Shown here: piece after piece, positions 21,158 through 31,141 of the stretch
Position numbering within the stretch: the first letter of the stretch is position 1
Layout: every line of letters begins with the position of its first letter
NCBI GenBank assembly: GCA_963795955.1
Contig: CAWCJK010000010.1
Span: forward strand, 37,367-101,366
DNA length: 64,000 nt
Direction of reading: 5' to 3'
From: an uncultured Verrucomicrobiae bacterium
Lineage (GTDB): Bacteria; Acidobacteriota; Terriglobia; Terriglobales; Acidobacteriaceae
The notes under the pieces: generated by a model
What the model was told of the DNA's origin: nothing
Seen by the model: the letters and a program-made list of their open reading frames with translations, nothing else
The model's database searches: none
Translations under genes and position numbers: made by a program

Positions 21158-22008
21158 CGGAGCCCACGCCCGCAACCGGCGGGCGTGTCATCGGCGTCTT
21201 CGACTCCGGCTTTGGCGGCTTAACTGTCCTTCGCGCCCTTCTGCCCCGCCTGCCCGGATCCCACTTCATCTACCTGGGTGACACCGCCCGGCTGCCCTAC
21301 GGCGCCAAGTCGCAGGCCACCGTCGCCCGATACGCCATCGAAGCCGCCCGCTTCCTCGTCCAGCGCGGAGCCGAGTTACTCGTCATCGCCTGCAACACCG
21401 CGACCGCCCTCGCCCTGCCCGCCATTCAGGCCGCCGTTCCCGTTCCGGTCATCGGCGTAGTCCAACCCGGCGCCCAGGCCGCCCTCGCCGCCGCGCAAAG
21501 TAAATCCGGACACCCCAACGGCAAAGACGTTCTCGTCCTCGCCACCGCAGCCACCGTGCAATCCCATGCGTACCGCGACACCTGCACCGCCCTCGGCCTG
21601 CGCGTCGAAGAGATGCCCTGCCCCCTGCTCGTGCCGCTGGTCGAAGAGGGCTGGACCGACCACCCGGTCACCCGCGAGGTCATCCGGATCTACCTCACTG
21701 AAGCGCTCGCCACAGGCCAGCCCAAAGCCGTCCTTCTAGGCTGCACCCATTACCCGCTCATCGCGCCCGCCATCACCCAGCGTCCTGAACGAACTAGGCT
21801 CCGACGCCATCGTCGTAGACTCCGCCGAAGCCACCGCCGAGGCCGTCCGCAGCCGCCCTCTCGCCGAAGTCATCCGGCGTGCGCAGCGACCACCCCCGCC
21901 ACGTTCGAGTGCTACGCCACGGACTCCGTAGAAAAATTCGCCCGCCTCGGCACCCACTTCCTGGGCCACCCCATCCCCCACGTAGAACTCCTCGACCTCG
22001 GCGGCTAA
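21154..22008 (+). pseudogene. murI: Glutamate racemase MurI, with a frameshift pair near 21780 and 21890.
   Basis: 'RVIGVFDSGFGGLTVLRALLPRLPGSHFIYLGDTARLPYG...LLVIACNTATALALP...LLGCTHYPL'. The proper C-terminus 'NELGSDAIVVDSAEATAEAV' is in another frame. Confidence 0.8.
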
Positions 22009-22145
22009 CTCCGCACACACACGTGCGCAAACACCGCGTACCGCACACCGCGTTTGCAGTTTCCCGCCAGCCGCACCTTAGCGCACCCTTAGCGCCCTTA
22101 GCGTCAGCCTTTCTGCGAGCCTCCAGCTACACTGACGCCACCCAC

Positions 22146-22529
22146 ATGCACTACCTCCTGAAATCCGAGCCCGACAAGTACTCCTTCGACGACCTCCTGC
22201 GCGACGGCGAAACCACCTGGGACGGCATCAAGAACCCACAAGCCCTCATCACCCTCCGCAACATGAAGCGCGGTGAAGAGTGCGTCATCTACCACTCCAA
22301 CACCGGCAAAGCCGCCATCGGCACCGCCAAAGTCGCCAGCGTGAAACTGGCCGAAGACGGCAAGACCCCCATCGTCACGCTCAAAGCCGGCAAGCGCCTC
22401 AAGCGCGAAAAAACCCTCGCCGAAATGCGCGAAGCCCCCGTCTTCCAGGGCTCCCTCCTCTTCCGCCAGTTCCGCCTCTCCGTGGTCCCGCTCACAGACG
22501 AACAATTCGACTGGCTGGTCCACGGCTGA
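22146..22529 (+). CDS. EVE (PUA-like) domain protein.
   Basis: 'MHYLLKSEPDKYSFDDLLRDGETTWDGIKNPQALITLRNMKRGEECVIYHS' is the canonical EVE domain. Confidence 0.8.
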   Translation: MHYLLKSEPDKYSFDDLLRDGETTWDGIKNPQALITLRNMKRGEECVIYHSNTGKAAIGTAKVASVKLAEDGKTPIVTLKAGKRLKREKTLAEMREAPVFQGSLLFRQFRLSVVPLTDEQFDWLVHG

Positions 22530-22559
22530 TCTCACGTCCGGAACGGCGCGCTCGATCCT

Positions 22560-23522
22560 CTACGCACTCGCAGTAAAACCGTCTGTTCGTCTCGCCCCGA
22601 TCGCAATCAGCCCGACGGCAATGGCCAGAAACACCACGTGACTCACGTGCACCATGATCCCCGAGACCCCCGACCACAGGCGTCTGTGTGAACGCGTGCA
22701 GCCCATACGCCAACGCCCCGCCCGCCCCCAATGCGAATGTATGAGCGAGCGTCCATCGTTCACGTCTTGAGACAACAGCCACCACCGCGAGGAAGACCAG
22801 GTCTACGACCCCGCCATCGCCGCCACCGCGCCCCAACCCCACCTCGAGCGGCACAAGCTGCACAGATGCCGCCCGTCAGCAGTCGCGAAGCCGGCACAAA
22901 CCCACCGGCTGAGGCACCGGCCCGCCTGGCAACGCCTGACGTCCCCGCGGCAACCACGAACGCCAAGCCGACCAACAGGACCAGCGAGGCACCCGCCACG
23001 CAAAACTGCAGCGCAGACGCCGTAAACCCGTTCTGCTTGTATCCAATCGCCCAGTTCGCCAACAGACCCAGCACAAACATCACCCCGAACACGGCGGTGC
23101 CGACCCGTCCGAGCCAGCGCCGCTCAGCACTCTCCGGAAATATGCCCTCCGTCAGTGCGATCGAGGTTCCGATGCTCCAGAACGCATGCACGTTCAGCAT
23201 CAGCATCGTCCACCACCCGCCCATCCCGAGCCACCCGATGTGTGCCGGCTGCAAAAAGTGCATGATGCAGCTTCAGGTAATCCGGATTGAACAGTGACTG
23301 CGTCACAAATCCCTCTTCCAGCAGCGCAAAGGCTGCCCCCAGCAGCAGCATGCATGGCCATCCCCGGCCGGTCCGCCTCGCTATTTCCCGAATCAGCACC
23401 GCGCCGCCGCCATACATCGGTGCGAGCACCACCATCGCCCCTAACAGCTTCAGCGGCAGGTCCCCGAGCAGATATTCCGCAACGAACGGCGCCACGAAAA
23501 ACAGAGTGATCGGCCGCCGCAA
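22560..23522 (-). pseudogene. Polytopic integral membrane protein of unknown function, with its frame broken two or more times.
   Basis: Hydrophobic ORFs 23124..23522, 22760..23263 and 22560..22775/22492..22863 concatenate into one roughly 320-aa multi-TM protein. Confidence 0.4.
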
Positions 23523-23661
23523 CTCGCGTCTTCGAATGCTCCATCAATTCCGCCTCCACGCGCTCGCCACATGCTCCGCGCCGAGTGTATCTCGCTCGAG
23601 TTCGCGTTCACGCATCCGTTCCGCCAACGCCTCGCTGTCCTCTACATCCGACACCGCATGA

Positions 23662-24568
23662 CCACCACCCCCAACGCCCGCTTCCGGCACCTTCAACATC
23701 GGCAACGACCTGACCGTCAATCGCCTCGGCTACGGCACCATGCGCCTCGTAGGCGAAGGCGCCTGGGGCGAGCCCCCCAACCGCGAAGACGCTCGCAACG
23801 TCCTCCGCCGCGCGGTCGAGCTAGGCATCAACCTCATCGACACCGCCGACGCCTACGGCCCCATGATCGCCGAAGAACTCATCGCCGAGGCCCTCCACCC
23901 GTATCCCCCCGGCCTCGTCATCGCCACCAAGGGCGGCCTTACCCGCCAGGGCCCCTCCAAGTCCAAACCCTGCGGCCGCCCCGACTACCTCCAGCAACAA
24001 CTCGAGATGTCCCTCCGCCGCCTCCGTCTCGACCGCATCGACCTCTATCAACTCCATCGCATCGACCCCACTGTCCCACTCGCCGACACCCTCGGCGCAC
24101 TCAAAGACGCACAGCAGGCCGGGAAAATCCGCCACATCGGCCTCTCCGAGGTCACCCCCGAGCAGATCGAAGAGGCCGAAAAGATCGTCCCCATCGTCAG
24201 CGTCCAAAACCGCTTCAACCTCTTCGACCGCAAGTCCGAGCACACCCTGCGCTTCTGCGAGCAGCGCAACATCGCCTTCCTTCCCTGGTACCCCATGGGC
24301 GGCAGCGCCACGACAAGCATCGTCAAAAAAACCACCTCCAACGACCCGCACGCCAACCACCCCGTCGCCGAGTTCGCCGAAGAGCACAACGCCACGCGTC
24401 ACTCAGATCGCGATAGCGTGGCTGCTGCACGCCAGCCCCGTCATCTGCCCCATCCCCGGCACCAGCAGCATCCAGCACCTGGAAGAAAACGTCGCGGCAG
24501 CCTCATTACCCATCGCCGAAGACGAATGGGACGCGCTCGATCTCATCGTCGACACCCAGCGAAGCTAG
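23662..24568 (+). pseudogene. Aldo/keto reductase, with frameshifts near 23690 and 24330-24400.
   Basis: 'YGTMRLVGEGAWGEPPNREDARNVLRRAVELGINLIDTADAYGP...IDLYQLHRIDP...HIGLSEV'. The N-terminus 'MTTTPNA' and the C-terminus 'LPIPGTSSIQHLEENVAA' are in other frames. Confidence 0.75.
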
Positions 24569-24694
24569 CGCACGCCGCGCAAACACCGGTTTCTCCACAC
24601 ACGCGCGTTTGCAGTCGCCACGCTTCCACTCCGCAAGCCCTCACCTCGCCCTGCTATCCTTACCTCCGTCCGTACTCAGGAGTTCATTCGCACC

Positions 24695-25471
24695 ATGATT
24701 GATATGCAGGGACAAGTCGCCGTCGTGTTCGGCGTAGCCAATAAGCGCAGCATCGCCTACAGCATCGCCGAGTCACTGGCCAACGCAGGGGCAACGCTGG
24801 TTCTCTGCTACCAAAGCGAGCGCCTCAAGAAAGAAGCCGAGCAGCTCATCGAAGACCTCGGCCAGACCAACCGCGCCCGCGCCATCCAGTGCGACGTCAC
24901 CGTCGATCAGGAGATCGAAACCGCCTTCGCCCAGATCAAGGAAGCCTTTCCCGTCATCCACACCGTCGTCCACTCCGTCGCCTTTGCACCCGCGGACGCC
25001 ATCAAGAACGACTTCCTCCTCACCAAACGCGAAGACTTCCGCATCGCCCACGACATCAGCGTCTACTCGCTCATCGCCATCGCGCGCGAAGCCGCACCGC
25101 TGATGACCGAAGGTGGATCCATCCTCACGCTCACCTACTACGGCTCAGAAAAGGTCTTCCCCAACTACAACGTCATGGGCGTCGCCAAGGCCGCGCTCGA
25201 AGCCACGGTCCGCTACCTCGCCGCCTCGCTCGGCTCAAAGAACATCCGCGTCAACGCCGTCTCCGCGGGCCCCATCAGAACCCTCGCCGCGCGCGGTATC
25301 GGCGACTTCAATACCATCCTCGACAAGGTCACCGAGCGCGCCCCCCTCCACCGCAACGTCGAAACCGCCGAGGTGGCCGGCGCCGCCCTCTTCCTAACGA
25401 GCAAACTCGCCACCGGCATCACCGGCGAGATCACCTATGTTGACTGCGGCTTCAACGTCACCGGAATCTAG
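24695..25471 (+). CDS. fabI: Enoyl-[acyl-carrier-protein] reductase (NADH) FabI.
   Basis: Intact 258-aa SDR with FabI-specific 'GVANKRSIAYSIA', 'YYGSEKVFPNYNVMGVAKAALEATVRYLA'. Confidence 0.9.
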   Translation: MIDMQGQVAVVFGVANKRSIAYSIAESLANAGATLVLCYQSERLKKEAEQLIEDLGQTNRARAIQCDVTVDQEIETAFAQIKEAFPVIHTVVHSVAFAPADAIKNDFLLTKREDFRIAHDISVYSLIAIAREAAPLMTEGGSILTLTYYGSEKVFPNYNVMGVAKAALEATVRYLAASLGSKNIRVNAVSAGPIRTLAARGIGDFNTILDKVTERAPLHRNVETAEVAGAALFLTSKLATGITGEITYVDCGFNVTGI

Positions 25472-25479
25472 CTTCGAAG

Positions 25480-25863
25480 ATGAACATCCCCTCCGCGGAT
25501 GAACCATGGCCGGTTGATGATCACGACGCCGAAATGACAGCGGCCATCAAGGCTGCGGTCGATTCGATCGGCACCTTCTTTGAAGCGCTGGAGAATCCGA
25601 AGCCTGGTCAAACGGGATTTCTGCTCAAAGTACGTTTCACCGATCGTGAGCGGACAGAACACATCTGGTTAGCCGACCTGGATTTCACCGTCATGCCGGG
25701 CACCGGCACCGTGGCCAACGAAACCAGCTTTCCTGGGTTGGCTTATATGGGGCGTGCCTCGTTCACTCCCGACCAGATCACAGACTGGATGTTTTTCGAT
25801 AACGACAAACTCGTTGGCGGCTTTACGACACGCGTTCTGCTGCGTAGATCGAGACCCCAATGA
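25480..25863 (+). CDS. DUF2314 domain protein (YegJ-like).
   Basis: 'VRFTDRERTEHIWLADLDF...FTPDQITDWMFFDNDKLVGGFTTRVL' matches the DUF2314 pattern. Confidence 0.6.
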   Translation: MNIPSADEPWPVDDHDAEMTAAIKAAVDSIGTFFEALENPKPGQTGFLLKVRFTDRERTEHIWLADLDFTVMPGTGTVANETSFPGLAYMGRASFTPDQITDWMFFDNDKLVGGFTTRVLLRRSRPQ

Positions 25864-26008
25864 GCGTTTCCGTCCCGATCTGATCTGCGAGTGCCCGTTT
25901 GCCCATCCGGACACCCCCACATCTCGCGTCCGAAACCTAGCCTTCCAGCGCGTTCGACGGCGCCGTGTATCGTGTTGCTGACCCCCACTTTCTCATCGAG
26001 GCCACTCC

Positions 26009-26521
26009 ATGAAAACCGCTGAACTCCTGCTGCAAGACTTCGACACCGAAATCTCCAACACCCGTCGCACCCTCGAGCGCATCCCCGACGACAAGCGCGA
26101 CTGGACGCCTCACGCAAAGTCCATGCCCATGGGGCGCCTCGCCATGCACTGCGCTCATCTGCCGACATTCGGCCTATACGTGATCGAAGATAGCGGCATG
26201 GACCTCGCCGCCCCCACGCGCCCGCATCCCTCACTCGTCTGGGAGTCCCGCGAAACCGCGTTGCAGGCCCTCGACGAGGCCGCCGCAAAGTGCCGCGCCG
26301 CGATCGCCGCCGCCTCCGACGAGCATCTAGCGCAGGAATGGCTCTTCAAATGGGGCGATCAGATCATCTCCCGCGCTCCGCGCAGCCTCAGCTATCGCCA
26401 GATGTTCTTCGATCACCTCATCCATCACACCGCTCAACTCGGCGTCTATCTCCGCCTCAACGACATCCCGGTCCCCGCACTCTACGGCCCCTCCGCTGAC
26501 GAGCAGTGGGCCGCCAAATAG
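26009..26521 (+). CDS. DinB/YfiT-like four-helix-bundle protein.
   Basis: 170 aa with conserved His residues ('HCAHLP', 'DHLIHHTAQL') in the DinB_2 arrangement. Confidence 0.65.
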   Translation: MKTAELLLQDFDTEISNTRRTLERIPDDKRDWTPHAKSMPMGRLAMHCAHLPTFGLYVIEDSGMDLAAPTRPHPSLVWESRETALQALDEAAAKCRAAIAAASDEHLAQEWLFKWGDQIISRAPRSLSYRQMFFDHLIHHTAQLGVYLRLNDIPVPALYGPSADEQWAAK

Positions 26522-26581
26522 ACCAGTCGCCCTGCTGACTGCCGCCAGGTCATAGGCACCGCGCCATTCACCTGCGTCGCT

Positions 26582-28345
26582 GTGCCTATGATGGAACTCA
26601 TGCACCGCAGACGCCTCTTGCAGGTCATGGGCCTCGCCGCCGCCGGCGCCCACATCGAAGCCACGCCTCTTCACGCTCTTGTGTCGCCGCTTGCGCCCAC
26701 GACTGGCCCCGGCACCAGCTTCCTGGCAAATCAACTCGGCTACCTGCCCGCGCAACCCAAGGTCATCTCCGTACGGGGATTCGATCAGGCTAAGCCAATC
26801 TTCCAAGTGCTCCCGATCGCGAGCGGCGGTCACCCTGTCATAACCGGCCAACTCACCCCCGCACAGACCGACCCGGCCTCTGGTGATTCGCTGCGGCAAG
26901 CTTTGCTTCCGCCACTAGCGCCCGGCGAATACACGATCCAGGTTGCTGATAAAACAAGCGACCCATTCACCGTCGGCCCCCACGTCTACGCCGACGCCCT
27001 CCGAACCACGATGCGCGGCTACACGGGCCAGCGCTGCGGCTGCACCGTCGACCTCGGCCACGGCTACCATCACCCACCCTGCCACCTCAACGGCGCGTAC
27101 AGCCCCACCTCCGGCAAATCAGGCTCCCTTCCCAACAGCGGTGGCTGGCACGACGCCGGCGACTACGGCCGCTACGTCGTAAACTCCGGCATCACCTGCG
27201 GCACGCTCCTCTGGGCGTGGGAGCTCTACCCCACCGCCCTCCGTTCCCTCGACCTCGGCATCCCCAAACAGCACCCGAAGCTGCCCGACTTCCTCGAAGA
27301 GGTCCTCTGGAATCTGCAGTGGATGCTCGAAATGCAGGACACCGACGGCGGTGTCTTCCACAAGCAAACCAGCGAGCACTTCTGCGCCTTCATCATGCCG
27401 CAGGACGATCACCTCGTAAGCGAGGTCATCGGCACAGGCTCCGCGCCCTATAAGAGCACCGCCGCGACCGCCGACCTCGCCGCCGTCATGGCCATCGCCG
27501 CACGCTGCTACCGCGAGTTCGACCCCGCACTCGCCACCCGCTTCCAGACGGCAGCCGAAAAGGCGTGGCGCTGGGCCATCGCCAACCCCAACATCCCCTT
27601 CCGCAACCCGCCCGGCATCCTCACCGGCGAGTACGGCGATCCGCACTGCAGCGACGAGATCTCCTGGGCCTCCGCCGAACTCTGGCGCACCACCGGCGAC
27701 TCGCAGTATGAGAAGGCGTTCCTGGCCAGCCTCCGCTCGGACCGCTCAGCCCTCACCATCACCGTCCCGTCCTGGGCCACCGTCGGCTCGCTCGCCTGCT
27801 GGACATACGCCCTCAGCTCCCGCCCCGGCGATGCAGCCACCAAGGACGCCATCCGCCAAGCCACACACCGCGCCGCACAGGCGCTTATCACCCAAGGCCA
27901 GGCAAACGGCTACGGCAACACCATGGCGCTCTCCGACTACGTCTGGGGCTCCAACAGCGTCGCTGGCAATCAATCGCTCCTTCTCCTCATGGACCAGCAG
28001 TTCCATCCCAACCCCGATGCGGTTACCGCCGCGCTCAACAACCTGCACTATCTGCTTGGCCGCAACTGCTTCGGCATCTCGTGGGTCACGCAGGTCGGCC
28101 GCAGACCTTTCATGCATCCACACCATCGCCCCAGCGCGGCGGACAACATCGTCGCCCCCTGGCCGGGCCTGCTCTCCGGCGGCCCCAATCAGCACCCAGG
28201 CGACCCCGCGGCGCGCAAAGTCCCGCATCAGCCGCCCATGCGCATGTGGATCGACGACCAGGGCGCCTACTCCATGAACGAGATCGCCATCAACTGGAAC
28301 GCCCCGCTCGTCTTCGTGCTCGCCGCGGCGAACACCTTGGGCTGA
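26582..28345 (+). CDS. Glycoside hydrolase family 9 endoglucanase (cellulase) with an N-terminal Ig-like CelD_N domain and a Tat/Sec signal.
   Basis: 'RRRLLQVMGLAAAGA' signal. 'GGWHDAGDYGRY' and downstream 'DAGDY', 'WGSNS' GH9 catalytic motifs. Intact 587 aa. Confidence 0.85.
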   Translation: MPMMELMHRRRLLQVMGLAAAGAHIEATPLHALVSPLAPTTGPGTSFLANQLGYLPAQPKVISVRGFDQAKPIFQVLPIASGGHPVITGQLTPAQTDPASGDSLRQALLPPLAPGEYTIQVADKTSDPFTVGPHVYADALRTTMRGYTGQRCGCTVDLGHGYHHPPCHLNGAYSPTSGKSGSLPNSGGWHDAGDYGRYVVNSGITCGTLLWAWELYPTALRSLDLGIPKQHPKLPDFLEEVLWNLQWMLEMQDTDGGVFHKQTSEHFCAFIMPQDDHLVSEVIGTGSAPYKSTAATADLAAVMAIAARCYREFDPALATRFQTAAEKAWRWAIANPNIPFRNPPGILTGEYGDPHCSDEISWASAELWRTTGDSQYEKAFLASLRSDRSALTITVPSWATVGSLACWTYALSSRPGDAATKDAIRQATHRAAQALITQGQANGYGNTMALSDYVWGSNSVAGNQSLLLLMDQQFHPNPDAVTAALNNLHYLLGRNCFGISWVTQVGRRPFMHPHHRPSAADNIVAPWPGLLSGGPNQHPGDPAARKVPHQPPMRMWIDDQGAYSMNEIAINWNAPLVFVLAAANTLG

Positions 28346-28379
28346 CCTTCATGCACTCTGCGATATCCTCGCCTCATCC

Positions 28380-29666
28380 ATGAACTCATCTCTGCGGTAT
28401 GCCCTCGCAGCCTTCGTCCTTGCCTCGGCCACAGCTTCGGCGCAGCAACCTGGCACGTCGCGCGTCACGGTGCTACACGCCGCGCACCTGCTCGACGTCG
28501 CCGCCGGCAAGCTCATCTCCCCCGGCGAGGTCCTCGTCGAAGGCACACACATCCGCGAAGCCGGTGAGCACGTTGCGCATCCTGCAGGCGCCCAAGTCAT
28601 CGACCTCGGCAGCGCCACCCTCATGCCCGGCCTTATCGACGCCCACGTGCACCTCTTCCTGCACCCCGGCAACGAGGCCTTCCAGACCGTCGAAGAGTCC
28701 GTCCCGCAGCGCACACTCATCGCCGCCGACCAGGCCAGGGCCGATCTCATGGCCGGCTTCACCGCCGAGCGCGACATGGGCACCGAGGGCGCCGGTTGCG
28801 CCGACGTAGCCGTGCGCAACGCGATCAACTCCGGCCTCATCCTCGGGCCCCGCATGCGCATGAGCTGCAACGCGATCGACATCAACGGCGGCCACGAAGA
28901 CAACAGCGGCCTCAACCCCGAAGAGCATCTGCTCTCCAACGCCGACCGCGCCAACACCGCCGACGAGGTCATCGCTGTCATGCGCGAACAGCGCAAGCAG
29001 GGCGCCGACTTCACCAAGATCTACGAGACCGGACGCGACCGCCTCGTGAACGGCGAGTTCATCACGCCCTATCAATACAACGAAGCTCAACTCGCCGCGG
29101 CCGTCAACGAAGCCCACCGCACCGGCTCACGCGTCGGCGTGCACTGCACCGGCGAACCCGGCGCCTCGTACGCCGTAGCCGCCGGCGTCGCCAGCATCGA
29201 CCACGGCTACAATCTCTCGCCCGAAACCATGCGCGCGATGCACGACAAGCAGATCTACGCGGTCCCCACCTTCCAGATCGCCGAGTACTTCGCCGACCAC
29301 GCCGCCTCACCCACAGCCGCGCAGCGCCTCCGCGAAGAGCAGGCCTTCCACGCCAGCGAATTCAAAAAGCAAATGGCCGCAGGCGTCCCCTTCGTCGTAG
29401 GCTCCGACGTGGGCCCCTTCCCGCACGGCACCCAGGCCCACGAATATGAACTCATGGTCCACTACGGCATGAGCCCCGCCGACACCCTCCGCGCCGGTCT
29501 CATCAACGGCGCCAAACTCCTCGACTGGGCCAACGAAATCGGCCAACTGAAACCCAACTTCTACGCCGACATCATCGCCGTCCCGGGCGATCCACTCGCG
29601 GACATCTCCGTCCTCACACACCCAACCTTCGTCATGAAAAACGGCGACGTCATTCGCAAACAGTAA
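28380..29666 (+). CDS. Secreted metal-dependent amidohydrolase (imidazolonepropionase/Xaa-Pro-dipeptidase-like superfamily).
   Basis: Signal peptide. 'LMPGLIDAHVHLF' (HxH metal site) and a downstream His/Asp pattern typical of the amidohydrolase family. Confidence 0.8.
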   Translation: MNSSLRYALAAFVLASATASAQQPGTSRVTVLHAAHLLDVAAGKLISPGEVLVEGTHIREAGEHVAHPAGAQVIDLGSATLMPGLIDAHVHLFLHPGNEAFQTVEESVPQRTLIAADQARADLMAGFTAERDMGTEGAGCADVAVRNAINSGLILGPRMRMSCNAIDINGGHEDNSGLNPEEHLLSNADRANTADEVIAVMREQRKQGADFTKIYETGRDRLVNGEFITPYQYNEAQLAAAVNEAHRTGSRVGVHCTGEPGASYAVAAGVASIDHGYNLSPETMRAMHDKQIYAVPTFQIAEYFADHAASPTAAQRLREEQAFHASEFKKQMAAGVPFVVGSDVGPFPHGTQAHEYELMVHYGMSPADTLRAGLINGAKLLDWANEIGQLKPNFYADIIAVPGDPLADISVLTHPTFVMKNGDVIRKQ

Positions 29667-29678
29667 CCGGCACGCAAC

Positions 29679-31055
29679 CTACCGCCGCTCAACACGCAAC
29701 ATCACCGGTCCGGCAGGCCGCAGCGTCACAGAAGGCTTCAGCTTCATCTCAACCGACGCCCCCGCCGGCAGTATCAACCGCCAGCGCTGCACCATCACCG
29801 CCAGCGCCAGCACGCCCTCCATCCACGCCAGGCCCTCGCCGATGCACTGCCGGCTTCCCGCGCCAAACGGGAAGTACGCCAGCTTCGGCCGGCTCGCCTT
29901 CGCGTCTTTCGTAAACCGGCCCGGATCAAACCGCAGCGGATCCTCCCAGAACCGCGGATCCCGATGCACCGCGAACTGCGGCGCGAGCAGAAACATCCCC
30001 TTACGCACCTTTACGCCGCGATACTCGTACTCCTCCGCCGCCATCCGACTCGTCACCCAAACCGGCGCATACAACCGCAACGCCTCCGCGAACACCTGCT
30101 CGGCAAAGCTCAAGGCGGGGTAGTCTTCGGCACCCGGCAATCGTCCATTCAGCACCCGCGCCGCCTCGTCGGCCATCTGCTCCTGGATCTCCGGATGGAC
30201 CGCAAGCTGCCACAATGCAAAGCTCAGTGCATTCGCCGTCGTCTCATGCCCGGCAAGCAGCACCGTGAGGCACTCATCCCGCACCTGCTCATCGCTCATC
30301 CGAGCCGTCGCACCATCCTCCACATCCACCGCCGCCAGCAGCATGCTCAGCAGATCCCCTCGATCACCCGGGTCCGCTCTCCGCTCCGCAATCACGCGAT
30401 AGATCAGCCGGTCCAGGTCCTCCCGGCTCCGCCGAATCCGCCGCATCACCGGAAGCGGCAGCCGCTGCAGCACGTGAGGAAACGGCACAAACGCCAGCGG
30501 CAGAAAATACTGGAACGCATCCACCGCCGCCGCGATCGGCCCCACCTCGCTCTCCAACTCAAGATCGAACAGCGTCTTGCCCACAATCCGCAGCGCCAGC
30601 ACAAGCATCTGCTCATGAACATCAAGCACCGTGTCCGGGCTCCACACGTCCGCGACTCGCGCCGTTACCCGCGCAATCACCTGCGCATATCCACCAATGC
30701 GGGCGCGATGAAACGCCGGCGCCGCCAACCTCCGCTGCCGCATATGCAACGGCTCCTCGCTCGTCAGCAGCCCCTCGCCCAGCACAAACTTCGACCGCTG
30801 CATCACGAGGTTCCGGTGATGCGATCGCTCATTGCGTACCAGCATCTCGCTGATCAGCTCAGGATGATTGAACTGCAGCACCTCATGCCCGAGCGCGCGA
30901 AACCGCACCAGGTCGCCATAGCGCTGCGCATTCAGCAGCAGATACTCCGCCGCGTTCTGGCTGAAGATCTCGTTGCGCAACAGCCGCGGCAGCAGTCGGG
31001 GTCCCGCCGGAACGCCCGGCGACTGCCATCGAATATCAGGCGGAACAAGGCTCAT
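29679..31055 (-). CDS. Cytochrome P450.
   Basis: 458 aa with 'AGHETTANAL' (I-helix), 'ExxR' and the heme loop 'FPFGAGSRQCIGEGLA'. Confidence 0.85.
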   Translation of the reverse strand: MSLVPPDIRWQSPGVPAGPRLLPRLLRNEIFSQNAAEYLLLNAQRYGDLVRFRALGHEVLQFNHPELISEMLVRNERSHHRNLVMQRSKFVLGEGLLTSEEPLHMRQRRLAAPAFHRARIGGYAQVIARVTARVADVWSPDTVLDVHEQMLVLALRIVGKTLFDLELESEVGPIAAAVDAFQYFLPLAFVPFPHVLQRLPLPVMRRIRRSREDLDRLIYRVIAERRADPGDRGDLLSMLLAAVDVEDGATARMSDEQVRDECLTVLLAGHETTANALSFALWQLAVHPEIQEQMADEAARVLNGRLPGAEDYPALSFAEQVFAEALRLYAPVWVTSRMAAEEYEYRGVKVRKGMFLLAPQFAVHRDPRFWEDPLRFDPGRFTKDAKASRPKLAYFPFGAGSRQCIGEGLAWMEGVLALAVMVQRWRLILPAGASVEMKLKPSVTLRPAGPVMLRVERR

Positions 31056-31141
31056 AGCGCCACTTCAGCTTAGCCGCATCCACATCAGCGCAACGCGCAC
31101 GCTCCAGCGCAACCGCAAGCCATGTTGGCGCGAAGCAATCT

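Noticed and set aside
20452-22008. Treating the 518-aa ORF as one confidently annotated GerMN-MurI fusion protein.
   Set aside because: Not rejected outright, but not adopted as the primary call. A GTGA stop/start overlap at 21154-21157 and the abundance of frameshifts elsewhere make two coupled genes at least as likely. It is flagged for read-level verification instead.
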